From contig NC_045697.1 of NCBI RefSeq assembly GCF_009834535.1, positions 1,676,001-1,740,000 on the forward strand: DNA of 64,000 bases. The letters run 5' to 3'. Positions 11,935-24,170 of the stretch are shown in pieces. The notes beneath the pieces were generated by a model. It was given only the letters and a program-made list of their open reading frames with translations. It searched no databases and was not told where the DNA came from. This stretch comes from Camelus ferus. Lineage: Eukaryota. Numbering within the stretch: position 1 is the first letter of the stretch; the number at the start of each line of letters is the position of its first letter. The position numbers and the translations under genes were made by a program.

Positions 11935-13232
11935 GTGAGTCTGTGGCACCGGTGCCATCGGGACCCCTCCCTGGCCTGTTCTCCCGCTGGCACCCCAGGC
12001 TCCCTGCCTCTGGCACCCAGCCCATGCTGGGAGCCCTGGCACAGGACAAGGAAGGGTCCGTGACTGCTCCAGTCTGCCTAGGCTGAGCGGCCCCCCACCT
12101 GGCCAGGATACAAGGGGCATCCAGCCTTGAAGCCCATCCCAACGGGTGGTAGACCTGGAGCCCTTGGCTGCCTTGGGGCACAGTGAGCAAGGAGGGTGGG
12201 GGGAGGTATGTGGCTGGGAGCCTCTCTGAGCCCGCTGCCTCTGCAGGCCCTCCTGACCCAGAGTGGCCCTCTCCAGCCCCGTCTGGGGCTCTGGATATGT
12301 CCCTCGCTCCAGAGCCACTAAGGCTGCCTGTGTGCCCTTCTCGACTGGGGACCTGCTGGAATGTGGCACAGGCCTGTGACACCCCCCCCCAGGGCCTGCT
12401 CCAGACACTTGTGTTTCATGGCTGGGCAGGGCCAGGACACCGGTGTGTCCCCGATCCCACAGTCATCCACGCCCCTGGCCATGGCCACAGAGGTTGGGGG
12501 CCCTCAGCAGTGAAGGCTCTGGGAGCCACGGGGGCGAGCCTCGAGTGGGTGCACTGATCCTATGCTCCCCAGCCGCCCTGCCCCAGCACCCTCCTCCCTC
12601 TGCCCCTGGGAAGTGCCGGGGAGGCCCTTGGCCACACCTGTGGTTGTGTTTCATGAGGGGCCACAGAGGCGCAGGCTGGGTCATTTGTCACTCTCTGGAT
12701 CCGGCCCTGAGGGCCACAGGCAGCTTGGGCCGGGGATGGTTGGCCACAGTGCAGCCTCGCCCCCAGCCCGGCAGCCCCTCCTGTAACTCCCGCGAAGCCC
12801 TGGAGGCTTAGGACCACCTGGCCACAGGTGAGGGGCATGTGCCTTCAGCCCGACCCATCCACATGCATCCTCTGGTTGGTCAGTGGCAGAGCTGGGGCTG
12901 ACACCCCCCTCAACCTGGGGCCTTTTCCATCCAATATCCAGACCACTTGTCCACAGTGTGACACCACCAGAGCCCAGGACCCCCCCTTGCCTGTGACCCC
13001 AGCCCTGGCTTCCAGGCCTCAGGCCATCGCTGCCACCCCATGGCGGTCAGCATGGACCCCTCCAGAGCTCTATGGTCGTGGGCCTTTGACAGCCACCAGG
13101 GCTGTAGCAGCCAGACCCCCTGGGTTCCAAGGCCTGGTGTGGTCATTTGGAGGGTGCGTGGGTGTGGTGTGTGTGGGGGCCTTTCCTGTGTCTGACAGTG
13201 ACGTGGCCTTCCTGTCCTTGTTCCCCTCCCAG

Positions 13233-13356
13233 GCGGTCACCCCCTGATGGGCAGAGTTTCAGGAGCTTCTCCTTTGAAAAACCCCGGAAACCCTCGCAGG
13301 CTGACTCTTCACAGGCCGGCCCTGGTGGGGAGGACTCTGATGAGGACTATGAGAAG
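13233..13356 (+). CDS. SH3BP2: SH3BP2 exon 9 (RSPPDGQS tankyrase-binding/cherubism motif ... DSDEDYEK)
   Basis: cccag acceptor; the exon must end at AAG|gcaagg (GC donor) to join exon 10 as EDYEK-VPLP. Confidence 0.93.
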
Positions 13357-13597
13357 GCAAGGCCCAGTGGCGTGCCCAGGTCCCAGCTGTGGGTGGGTGG
13401 CTGCGGGAGAGCCACAGGCCAGGGCGGCCCCTCCCTGGCCATCTCGAGCCAGGAGCCCCAGGACCCTGGAGCTGGGGGGGATGAACACGGCACAGAGCCC
13501 CGGATCTTGGCACAGGTGGGCAGCCAGTGGCATGGTGGAGGGTGCTGGCCACAAGCACTGCTCAGACCTGACACGACCACCACCGGCCTCTCTCCAG

Positions 13598-13653
13598 GTG
13601 CCCCTGCCTAGCTCTGTCTTCATCAACACCACGGAATCCTGCGAAGTGGAGAG
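13598..13653 (+). CDS. SH3BP2: SH3BP2 exon 10 ([19 protein letters not shown]), SH2 start
   Basis: tccag acceptor, gtcagc donor; 56 nt. Confidence 0.94.
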
Positions 13654-13989
13654 GTCAGCGTGAAGCCCTTCTTCCTCCAAAGCTTTGTTTTTACAGACAT
13701 GAGGTTCCCGGCTGCTCCCCCCACCCCATCTTCCTGCTTCTCTGGTCCCCTCACTAGCCTTGGTGCTGGGCAGTTGCTGGCACAGTACCCGGCCAAGTGC
13801 CACGAGAAGCTTGGCAAAAGAGCAGAGCGCGTGAGCCCAGCGCTGCAGTGGGCCGTCCCCCCTGGGTCTGTGCAGCTGGGTCTCGGGGTGCCCAGTGCTC
13901 TCGGGGCCTGAGCAGCAGAGGCTGGGAGGACAGAAAGCCTGGGGGGTCCCCGAGAGAGTGGTCTGTGGGTGGTTCCTCTGTCGACGTGA

Positions 13990-14121
<132 letters not shown>

Positions 14122-14747
14122 TGAGCAAAGACCCCCCCCCCCCGACAGCTGCACTGTAGTAGGGTCTTCTGGCTTCCACACACCCAGGCTGACAGGTGAG
14201 CACAGGGCTGTACAGTTTATTGGTCACTGCCCCACGCAGCCTCAGATTTGGCATCTCAGCTGAGCTTCATCCTTGAGGTCTCTGCCTGGCAGTCCCCTCC
14301 CCATTTATTCTCAGGAACTAGAGACCACGTGCAGTGATGCCCACCCCTCAGCATGAGCACGAGGCGGGAAAGCAGGGTTGGAGGTCCCAGGACTCTGATG
14401 GGGTGGGTGATTCCCACACATTGAAGGGGAGGGTGCCTGGGGCAGTGGGAGTGGTGGGTGGTCTGCAGGACTGCCAGTGCCCCTCCAAGGGTGAATTGTG
14501 TGACCTCACTGAGCCTCAGTTTCCCCACTGTGAGAGCTCATCCTGGACTGGACCAGCCACTTGCTACTGTTACTCAGGTCTTCTCAGAGGCTGTCTGAGG
14601 GCAGGAGTCCTGCTGCCCACGCGCAGGGCGAGCCTTCCCCACGGACCCGGCCCTCATGCTGCTCCCTGGCCTCTGAGGTCTGTCGTCTTTCCTGAGGTGA
14701 GCGCTGCTCTCGGCTGAGCCGTCCATTGCCCGCTTCTCTTCCTTCAG

Positions 14748-14807
14748 GTCCTGGTCGTGTGGGATGAAACCTCCAACAAAGTGAGGAACTACCGCATCTT
14801 TGAGAAG
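14748..14807 (+). CDS. SH3BP2: SH3BP2 exon 12 ([20 protein letters not shown]), SH2
   Basis: ttcag acceptor, gtgagt donor; 60 nt. Confidence 0.95.
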
Positions 14808-15138
14808 GTGAGTGGGCTGGCCCTACCCGAGGGTCCTGGACGGGCGGGGAACCCTGGCCTGGGGCTTGGCTGGGGTCAGGGCAGACTTTCCTTGGTAGAG
14901 CATAGGCAGTGAGTGGTCGGAGGCCAGCACCTCCGGACATCCCCCTCCCCCTCCCTCCTCCGCTGCCTCAGCCTCCCCCTCTCCTTGCCCTTCTGTGTCC
15001 TCCACTGACCCTAAGGAGATGGCATGATCAGCCCTCGACTCTGGGCTTATTTGCAGACTTTGCCTGCATCCCTTGGGCAGTGTGTTACAGGCTGACCACC
15101 TGGCCCGGTCCCCCTGACCCTGCCACCCTCCCCCCCAG

Positions 15139-15276
15139 GACTCTAAATTCTACCTGGAGGGTGACGTTCTGTTTCTGAGCGTGGGCAGCCTGGTGGAGCA
15201 CTACCACACCCACGTGCTGCCAGGCCACCAGAGCCTGCTGCTGCGGCTCCCCTACGGCTACGCCAGGCCCAGGTGA
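15139..15276 (+). CDS. SH3BP2: SH3BP2 exon 13, final coding part ([45 protein letters not shown])
   Basis: cccag acceptor; TGA at 15274-15276. Exons 2-13 sum to 1704 nt from ATG 5123 = 567 aa + stop. Confidence 0.96.
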   Translation, partial: DSKFYLEGDVLFLSVGSLVEHYHTHVLPGHQSLLLRLPYGYARPR

Positions 15277-15706
15277 CACCTCCTCCACATGCTGCCGGGC
15301 AGAGACGACCATGGGGGCCCCCCGGAAGGAGACAGGCCTGCCTGAGAGGACGATCAGGAGCCAGCACCAAGCTCTGACCTGGGGCCTCCCCAGCAGCCAC
15401 CGTGTAGAAACTGCCAGGCCAGGCCCCACCCAGCAGGCTGGGTCCCCGGGGCTAGGCCGGGCTCTGGCCTCCAGAGAACTGGACGGGGCAGTGGGGCTTT
15501 CCTATCCCACCCCATCCACCCTGCCCACCTCCCAGCCTGAGCCTAGCCTGGACTTCATGGACAGGAATTCTGGTCCCCCAGCACGCCCACCTTGCACTGG
15601 CTGGAAGCTAGGCAGGGTTGGGGCATTTGGGATGGGGGCAGGGGCTGGCCCCAGGAACCCCCTCAGAACGCTACAACGCAGGCTCCGTGAGGGGCCATTG
15701 CCACAC

Positions 15707-15712
15707 AATAAA
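15707..15712 (+). terminator. Candidate proximal polyadenylation signal (AATAAA) for SH3BP2
   Basis: First AATAAA I noticed downstream of the stop; a T/GT-containing stretch (ctttgtct) follows. Use not demonstrated. Confidence 0.45.
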
Positions 15713-16295
15713 GCACAGATGACCTTTGTCTGGGAGGCCAGAGCTTCTTTGGGAAGGAGTGGCCAGCCTAACTGAGCCTCCACACCAGCGTACACGCGGG
15801 GACTGCAGCCGATGGTCTTGTCTTCTAGGCCGCAGGCTGCGAAATGACTTACTTGCCCAGGGGCGCACAGCTGGTAACACAACAGGACTCAGGTCAGGCA
15901 GTCTGGACTCAGAGCCTGTGCTGCAGAGCTCCAGGTTCTGCTGCCACAAGTCAGGTCCAGGGTGGTGGGGCTGTAGGGCTAACAGGCCCCTCACGTCTGC
16001 AGTTGTGTTGTCTGCTGGATTAACCAGCGGTTCCTGGGAGACAGCTGGGCAGGAGGTTCTCGCAGTGCCCGCTGTCTGGGGCAGCAGAGTGTGCAGGGGC
16101 TGGGAGCCTGGAACCCAGCTGGAGGCTCCAGGAGGACTTCTCGGAGGAGGTCATGGCTACAGTGCAGCAGGAAGAACAGGCCCTGAGGAGGCAAAGAATG
16201 GGTGGGGACAGTGGTACCCAATGCCCAAGTCCTCTGGTCAATACCTGGCTCAGGCCCTGCCCCGACTGCAGCAGACTGTTCTTCCAGACTCCACC

Positions 16296-16315
16296 TTTTT
16301 TTTTTTTTTTTTTTT
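16296..16315. repeat. T20 homopolymer downstream of the SH3BP2 stop
   Basis: Directly visible. Confidence 0.95.
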
Positions 16316-18519
16316 CTCGTAAAAACAGACTCAGCTGGGTGTCAGAGCTGGCAGGGAACTCAGGGTCATTTTGATCCTCGCTGTGCTTTTTGCTGGGAAT
16401 GAGGAATTTGTTATGTAAAATCCAAGCCACAAAAACACTTATGTCTACTAGCGAGTGATTAATGCTCCCTGGAGAAGGCCCTTTGTTTGGATGTCCCCTC
16501 CCCTACTGGGGAGACCATCTGAGGTGGGGGGTTGGTCTGGAGGAGAGGGAGACAGGAGACCACTCAGGGGATGTGGGAGGCTCCTTGAGGTGCAGTGGCT
16601 GAGACAGCAGCCATCTCCCTCCAGGAACCAAGCATCCAGCACCACCTGCAGGTGTTTCTTCTTCAGCCGCCCCAGGGGGCGGGGTCAGCGCAGCACAGGG
16701 GAGCGGGCCCCTGGGGCTTCTGTTCTGCATCGAGCAGTTCCTCCTCCCTACGGTTGCAGCTCTCTGCCCTGAACTTGCGTGGGGATCCCGGTGAGGCACA
16801 CTGTTCCCAACTGGCTGTAGCTTCCCTTCCTGTGAAATTTTTCACTGGGGGCTTGAATCAGAAGCAGTTCCCAGCGGGGCCGGGGATGGTGGTGATCCCT
16901 GCAGGACGCAGGGTGCCGCCACTTGGATCTGACATGCAGCAACTTGGGAGCCCTGAACTCTGGAAGGTTTGGGGTTTCTGGGGCCAAGAGCCAGGTGATG
17001 GGTCCTTCTGGCTGCCTGGACAGATGAGGACTGTGTCTGCCAGATGCCCACCCCAGGACCTGGCCTCGCCTGGCCTCCCAGGCCCGGGACCTCAGTTGCT
17101 AGAGTGTGTGTTGGTGGTGGATGGGGCCCGAGGCATGGCACCCCAACATGAAGGAAAGGCCGGAAGGGGTCCCTGTCCCTCCTGAGACTTGCTTGAGTGC
17201 CTTCTTCCTCACGTAGGGCTGGAGGGTGCTCACCACGTACGGAGCACTTCCTGTGTGCAAGGCGCTAAGGTGCACTTGACATAGTTTGCCCAGAGGAGCA
17301 GCTGCTATGAGGCCTATTTTACAGGTGAGAAAACTGAGGTTCAGAGAGGCCTGGATTCAAGCCCCAGCTCTGCTGTTTATTGTCACATGATCTGTCCTTT
17401 GCAGCTCTGAGCCCAGACCTTGGCCTTGCCTAGCTCCCCGTCACCCTTTGTGGCCTCTGGCGGTCATTGTTGGGTGTCTTGTTAGTCAGCCTCCCAGGGT
17501 TCTGGGCATGCCTTCGCCCAGCCAAGGGGGCCACAGCTCTGGGGGGGACAAAGTGGACCTGCCTCACCCTGCTCTTCCCTCCTGGCCCCGGTATAAGACT
17601 AGGGGCCATCCTGCTCACTCATCTTACAGGTAGGGAAACTGAGGCTCAGAGAGGATTTGCTGACCTTCCCAGCCTAATTGTGAGTTCAAAGATGGCTTCT
17701 ATTCCTGGGCTCCAGAAAAGGGCCCCAGACACTTTGGGAAGCTTCTCCAAGCCAAGCGCTGAACATGGTTTTACTTTTCCTACACTTAATCAGGAAGAGT
17801 GCTCACTGAGCCTCTGTACCTTCTGTTAATGGAGATTTTTGTGGTTAAAGAAAAGTTGTTACAACCAGAAGAGGCCACAAAAACAAGCCAGAGTTTCTCC
17901 CAGTCCCCACCCCAACTCTGGGTCACATTGCGAGGACGCCCCAGGCCGGATGGGTGGCTCTGACAGCACCAGCAAAGATAAGAGAGCAGGCCTGGGACCA
18001 CGGGGTTTCATGTCCAGCACCCAGTGGCTGAACTCTGGAGGGGATGGTGCAGAGGACAGCAAGGCCACCCAGGGACTATCGGGAAGAGCTGGCACATGAA
18101 CCAAACTCGTGTGTCTCCAGAGGTGGGGCAGTGAGGGGAGGGCCACAGCCCGTCTCTGGCTGCCACCCTGCAGCACGGAGCCCCTCACGGGGCAGCGCGC
18201 GCACACGTCTGGGTCCTCTGTGCTGGCGTGTCCTGTCCCCCCACCTGGAAAAGACTGCCTGGGTGGAGGCCTCGGAGAGGACCCCTGTCGTGGTGGCAGG
18301 GACCTCAGAGATGGCTGAGTAGCCACCCCGCATCTGGGTGCCTTCTAGCACTTCCTCACGGGAGGGAGTGTCACAGGATGCAGAGCAGACCCGACCCCAT
18401 CTGCCTCTTCGGACTTCCTTTGCTCCTCAGAAACCTTAGAGGCTGCCTGACAGCTACCCTTGCATCACACTCTGGCTGCATCCCTGGCCATGCCCTGAGC
18501 TACTCAGAGCTGAGGCCCC

Positions 18520-20300
18520 TCCTTTTTCCTTTTATTTCCCATGGACTAAAACACATTCAGAAAAGTGAACAAAGCGCAAATGTACAGCGTTTAACAAACT
18601 GTCACGTAATGAACGTCAGGAAGTAGACCCTCCAGCCCCCATGTACCCTCCCTATCTCATCACCATCCCGTCCCTCACAAGTAACCCATGCCCTGGCTTT
18701 GGTGGGGCTCCTGTTCCTGTTTTGCTATGAAGCCCCCATTTCCTGGTTTCCTGTTTTTGCATTTTATGTGAGTGGAATCATACAGATAGACGCAAGCTTT
18801 GGCGTCTGGCTGCTTCTCCCCATCACGGTGTCTTTGAGATTCATTTATGTTGCTGTGCATAGCTGCAGCTGGCTCAAATTCACTACTGAAAGCCGTTCCA
18901 CTGTATGACCATGGTAGTTCACAGATCTGTTTTACTGCAGATGGACTTCTGGCTTGTGTTCAGTTTGGAACCATCCCAGACAGTGCTACTAGCAATAGTC
19001 TTATCTGTGTTTCTGATGTGTGTGCAGGAGTTTCTCTGGGGTCTGACTCCTGAGTTCTAGGGCATCAGGACTTTTGTTTTCAAAGAATTTTGCAGTAAAA
19101 GATTTTCCCTGGTTCCACATCCTTGCCAACACTTGGTATTGCCAGGCTCTTTTTTGTTTTTGCCGACCGGCGGGTGTATAATTATGGCTTTAATTTGCAT
19201 TTAGCTAATTCCGAATGAGGTTGAGCACATTTTCATGTGTTTATTAACCGTTTTGATTTTGTCTCCTGTGGACTGTTTATTCAAATCTTCTGCCCATTTT
19301 TTCTGCTGTCTCTTTCTTATGCATCGTTAAGAACTGGCTGTATATCCTCAGTATTGTGATGTGTTACCCGTACTTTCTCCAGCTCTGTAATCGTTTTCGG
19401 CATATAGCAAGATAAGGAGTCACTTTCATTTCCCCCACAAGAGTCACCCACCTACCCCTGCATCATGTATTCATAATCTGTCCTGTCCCCACCCATCTGC
19501 AGTGCCGCTTGCCATGTCTCCATAGGTGTGTAAGTCTGTGGACTCTTTGTTCTGTTCCATCCGTCCATTTCTACACCAATAGCACGCTATCTTAATACTG
19601 TCGCTTGCTTATGTCTTGATATCTGGTAAAGTAAGTCCTCACCATATTTTTCTTCTTTGAAAGTGTCTTGGCTATCCTGGTCAGTTCAATTAATAAAAAC
19701 TTGGTTGGTGTTTTAACTGGGAATTCATTGTAGCTATGAAACAGCTTGGGGAAAATGGACATCTTTACAACATTGAGCCTTCTGATTCATGAACATGGGT
19801 CTAACTCTTGTTTGGTTTCTATTCTTCAAGGCTTTCCCATAGGATTTAAAAAAAAAAATTTCCACTACAGTCTGCCACAGCTTTTGCTGGGTTTGATTCA
19901 TAGATACTTCACATTTCTCTTAGTCTATTGTGTATGTTTTTCATTTAATTTTTCATTGTCTGTTGCTAGAATGGGGGAAATGTCTTCTAGCTAGACTTGT
20001 GTTAAACGTAACTGAATCTCCGTTTGTGTTTTGGGCCGTCTCTTCTGTGCTGCTTTTTCTCCTTTTCTCTCCTTTGTTTTCCTTCCTTTGGATTGGGGAG
20101 CTTCTAAGCCTTCCACTTTCCCTCTTCTTCTAGTTCAAAAGTTATATGGTCCATTTCTAGTCTTAACTAATTCTAGAATAGTAAGTATTTTTGTGTCCTT
20201 CCTGGACAACACTAGGACTTTGGGTGACTTTAACTTTATTGATCTCCTCATGACTTGATATTACTGTTGTCTACATGTCTAATTTTGTACTGTTTTTTGA
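18520..20300 (-). mobile_element. Old LINE-1 3' region fragments (L1M-type)
   Basis: Antisense L1 motifs (gtggaatcatacag, ccacatccttgccaacacttggtatt, gttgagcacattttcatgtgtttatt, gacatctttacaacattgag). Confidence 0.75.
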
Positions 20301-20309
20301 AAAAATTTT

Positions 20310-20450
20310 CCTTCTTTTTATTTTTTTCTTCTTTTTTTCGGGGGGGAGGAGTAATTAGGTTTGTTTGTTTATGGTGGTAGTGGGAATTGAACCCAGGACC
20401 TCATGCATGCTAAGCAGCCACTCTACCACTGAGATAAACCCTCCCTCCAT
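20310..20450 (-). mobile_element. tRNA-derived SINE (camelid Vic-1-like)
   Basis: gggaattgaacccaggacctcatgcatgctaagc...ctctaccactgag is an antisense B box/A box tRNA head with T-rich tail; the same family recurs four more times in the window. Confidence 0.85.
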
Positions 20451-20569
20451 ATTATTTTTTTAACTCCCACACAAGACAGTATTTCTTTCTTCCTCCTTCC
20501 TTCCCTCCCTCCCACCCTTCCTTTCTATTTTCTTGGAAAAGGAAGGTATATTTTAATAGCATTAAAACT

Positions 20570-21480
20570 ATTTTTTATTATGGTAAAATACACATGATAT
20601 AACTTTACCATTTTAACCATTTTAAGTGTACAGTGCCACGGCATGAAGTACATTCACCTTGTTGTGAAACCATCGCCACCATCCAACCCGTAACTCTTTC
20701 ATCCTGTTTAGACTGAAACTCTGTATCTCTTAATTAGTAACTCCTTATTCCTCCTCCTCCAGCCCCTGGCAACCACCTCTCCTTTCTTTCTCTATGAATT
20801 TGACTATTCTAGGTCCCTCATACAAGTGGAACCATGATTTGTCATTTTGTGACTGGCTTATTTCAGGCAGCATAACATCTTCATGATTCCATTGTTGTAG
20901 CAGGTGTTAGAATTTCCTTCGTTTTAAGGCTGAATAATATTCCCTTGTGCGCATAAACCATGCTTTGTTCATCCCTTCACTTGACAGCATTTGCGTCGTC
21001 ACTCAACACTTCCACCTCTGGTTACTGTTGACAACTCTGCCTTGAGCACAGACACACAGACAGGTTAGTCTCTCCAGTCCCTTTGGGTGTGTGCCACAAG
21101 TGGAACTGCAGTGTCATAGGGTAATTCTTTACCTTTTTGAGGAACCACCACACCATTTTCCACAGCGGCTGTACCATTTTACATTCCCACCAGCAATGCC
21201 CAAGGGTTCAAATTTCTTTACATCCTTGTCAACACTTATTTTCCTTTCCTTTCCTCTTCTCTTTCTTTCTTTTCTTTTTTTATAATAGCAGTCCTGACGG
21301 AGTTAAGTAGTACCTCGTGGTGATTTTGATTTGCAGTTTTTTAATGATTAGTGATGCTGAGCGTCTTTTCACGGGCTTACTGGTTTACATGTGTCTTTGG
21401 AGAAGTGTCTTATTTAGGTTCTCTGCCCGCTTCTTAGTTGGGTTATTTGCTTTCTCGGTGCTGAGTTGGAGATTCACGAG
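20570..21480 (-). mobile_element. LINE-1 3' end (L1MA/L1MB-like)
   Basis: tttaccattttaaccattttaagtgtacag, cagcccctggcaaccacc, ttttgtgactggcttattt, ttttccacagcggctgtaccattttacattcccaccagcaatg. Confidence 0.85.
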
Positions 21481-21499
21481 TCTTTCTCATTCACGGTCT

Positions 21500-23640
21500 T
21501 CTTAGACTGAGTTCTTCAGAGGCAAAGCCTGTAACAGGGCTCTTGTGCAAATGACTTACGGAGGGAACGTCCTCAGGGGAAACCGCGTGGGGAGACCAGG
21601 ACAGCACGAAGGAAGCACAGAGGCAGGCAGTGGTCTCAGCTGGAGAACCAGCTTCCGCCTGATCTTCGTGGGGCGCTCTGGAGTATGACTTGTCCCAGAA
21701 TTGGCTTTGCTTTGAGGGGACCAGCCGTGTGTGCCCCTGGGTCAGCCAGTTATTGGGTCTGGGCAGTCCAGGAAGGGAGAGAATCGCCCGGGCGAGGGCA
21801 ACACTCTGGAGAAAGGGGCTCTGAGGGCCATTAGCAGGTAACATTCACAGCACCTGGAGAGGGGACCACTTCCAGCACCAACCCGGAAAGGCAATCTGGG
21901 CAGGGCACCAATCCCAACCACTAATTCCACCCCTGGAACTGATCAGATCCACTTGTTTCTCACACTGAGTTCAATCCATTCAGACACAAACTCTTCAGCA
22001 TTCTGACTGGCCACAGTACCCAGGAGAACGGCCAAGAGACGGAAGGATGGCCTGTGCAGCCCCACTGCTGCAGTCGGCCCCAGGGCCACCGCTGACAACT
22101 CAGCGTTCCCTTTTCCACCATCCACGCTAGATCTCTCTTCCTCACGCCAGCCCTTTGGCTCTTCTAGATAGTTCGCCCCCGAAGGCCCCCCTCCCGGGGA
22201 GCCTGCCCTTATCAGGCCGTGTTGCCATGCCTGCCTGTTTACAGTTACTGGGTCTGGGAGTACCCAGGGACACCCTGCCCCTGAGAGCCTGAGCGCCAAT
22301 CACAGCATGTGGCTGGGAGCCCTGCACACGCACAATAGTGAGGGTCAGCTACCGCTGCCAGTGTGGTGCTCCTTTCTGTGCCTCTGATCTACTGACGCAA
22401 GTTGTCCCGAGTGACCAGGTGGCAACTGTGTCCCCTGGAAAAATGTCCTCGTTGGTAACCCCAACCTCTAGACTCGCTGTACTTAGTGCTGCAGAGTGGG
22501 AGGCACAAATTCCTCACGTGGGTCACTGGGCAGTCTACCTATTAGAGATGGAGCCTTGCAAAACGGTTGCTTATTGATATAGAATGCCTACCACTAATGT
22601 CATTTACCAGCTGGAGCCTCACTGAGTCCTCAAGTGGCTGGTCCATCTCTCTAGTAGATCAGCAACTCCCGGATGGTACAGTATACAGCAGGGGTGGCAG
22701 GTCCTTGGTCTGGTGTCCACTGAGACATCTCCTTTGCCATAAAGCAGATCTTTTAGTACTAGGTGGTGGTGTAGGATTTCATGTCAGCACACCAGACCTT
22801 TGTGAGTGCTTGGTAGTGGTGCTGGCTTAAGTATCTCAGGCAGAAAAGGCAAACCCACACTCTATCTTGAAGAGCATGAGTCATTGCTTTTTCTAGGACA
22901 GAAGGAATCCAGTGTCATCAACTTGCCACAGGTGGCTGGTTGGCTCCTGCAGGCCTCAGCCTTGGTGTCTGATGCTGACAGGTCAGACACTGGCCATGAC
23001 AGGGGCTGGACCAGCCTTGGTTACAGGGAGCCCATGCTGATGGGCTCATGCGTAGCCTCCACCTTGCCATCATGGCTGCTTCATTCGTGAGACGATTATG
23101 CAGAAGACAGATCCTGGCTGATCCCCGCTGGCTGAGCCACTCCATCTGCTTGGTTGTTTACAGCCTCTGTGGTGGGTGCTCTCTGGCAGACATTAACATG
23201 CAATACAAGATCTTCACCCTTTGCACCAGTTCTCATAGGTCCACATGCCTCGTACCTCCTTGTCCCTGAACGTCCAGATTTCTCCTTCTAAGCTCCTGAA
23301 AAACCAGCTAAATCATTTCTCACTGCCTGTGAGTCCAGGCCATGTCTCCCTCCACACAAAGTGAGTGGTCAGTTTCACCATCTGAAGGTTTGAGATGATG
23401 TCCTTTCAGGGTGACCGCAGGGTGGGGCTACAGGGCAGCAGCAGCAGGCCATTTTCAGCACACACCAGTGCATTGAGCCAACCTTCCTATGACTAATAAT
23501 ATATTTTTTCCCCCTTTGTCACTGTGTCACAGGGAATCCCCTGAGACCACAGGTGTGAGCTGAGAGGTACTGGAGCTGCAGTAGCAGGGGTCTGGACCAC
23601 TTACCTCTGCCCCTCCGTGAACCCAATCCTGGATCTACTG
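21500..23640 (-). mobile_element. Degenerate ERVL-class endogenous retrovirus remnant: LTR16-like LTR (~21500-21925) plus internal pol fragment
   Basis: Minus strand near 23160-23220 reads VKI(fs)HVNVCQRAPTTEA, resembling the ERVL RNase H motif HVNAHQRA; ggggtgga PPT-like junction at ~21930 followed by ggtgccctgcccagat, an LTR16-like start. No intact ORF. Confidence 0.7.
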
Positions 23641-23779
23641 CTTTCAGATTATAACTTATCTACCTGACTTTGTCTTGGCAGTCGGACAGAACCAAACGAT
23701 GAGCAGTTCTGGCCACAGAGTCACTTTTGATGTCCCAAAGAAACATTCCGTTTCTACCAGAGTCCAGTAGCAAGCCAGA

Positions 23780-24170
23780 AGTTACTTTCTGAGCTGCTTG
23801 GATCTGTGGGTTTATAGTTTCTATCAAATTAAAAAAATTTAGCCATTGTATTTTCAAACAGTATTTCTATCCTCCCAACCTCCACCTCTATTTTCAAGGA
23901 CTCCAATTTCATATATACTAGGCCTCCTGAAGGTGTCTACAGCTCACTGGTGCTCTGTTCATTCTTTTCCAGGCTCTTTTCTCTCTGTTTCACTTGGTTT
24001 CTTTTCCCATGTAATTAAGTTCACTAATATTTTCTTCTGTGGGGTCTAATCTGCTGTTGAACCCAATGAGTGTAATTCTTCATTTCTGACATTGTGTTTT
24101 TCAGCTTTGGAAGTTTGACTTGGGTCTTCTTTGTATCTTCTGTGTCTACTTCACATGCTCAGTTATCTTC
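23780..24170 (-). mobile_element. LINE-1 ORF1/5' region fragment
   Basis: gagctgcttggatctgtgggttt...aagttcactaat...tctaatctgctgttgaacccaatgagtg; a homologous fragment lies at 33400-33750. Confidence 0.7.

Noticed and set aside
11299..12408. 369-aa antisense ORF
   Set aside because: Shadow of the proline-rich exon 8 plus GC-rich intron; Gly-rich mirror of CCN codons.
20370..20445. tRNA gene-like A/B box sequences (also at ~32610, 38510, 45700, 60880)
   Set aside because: Heads of tRNA-derived SINEs with AT-rich tails; no complete cloverleaf.
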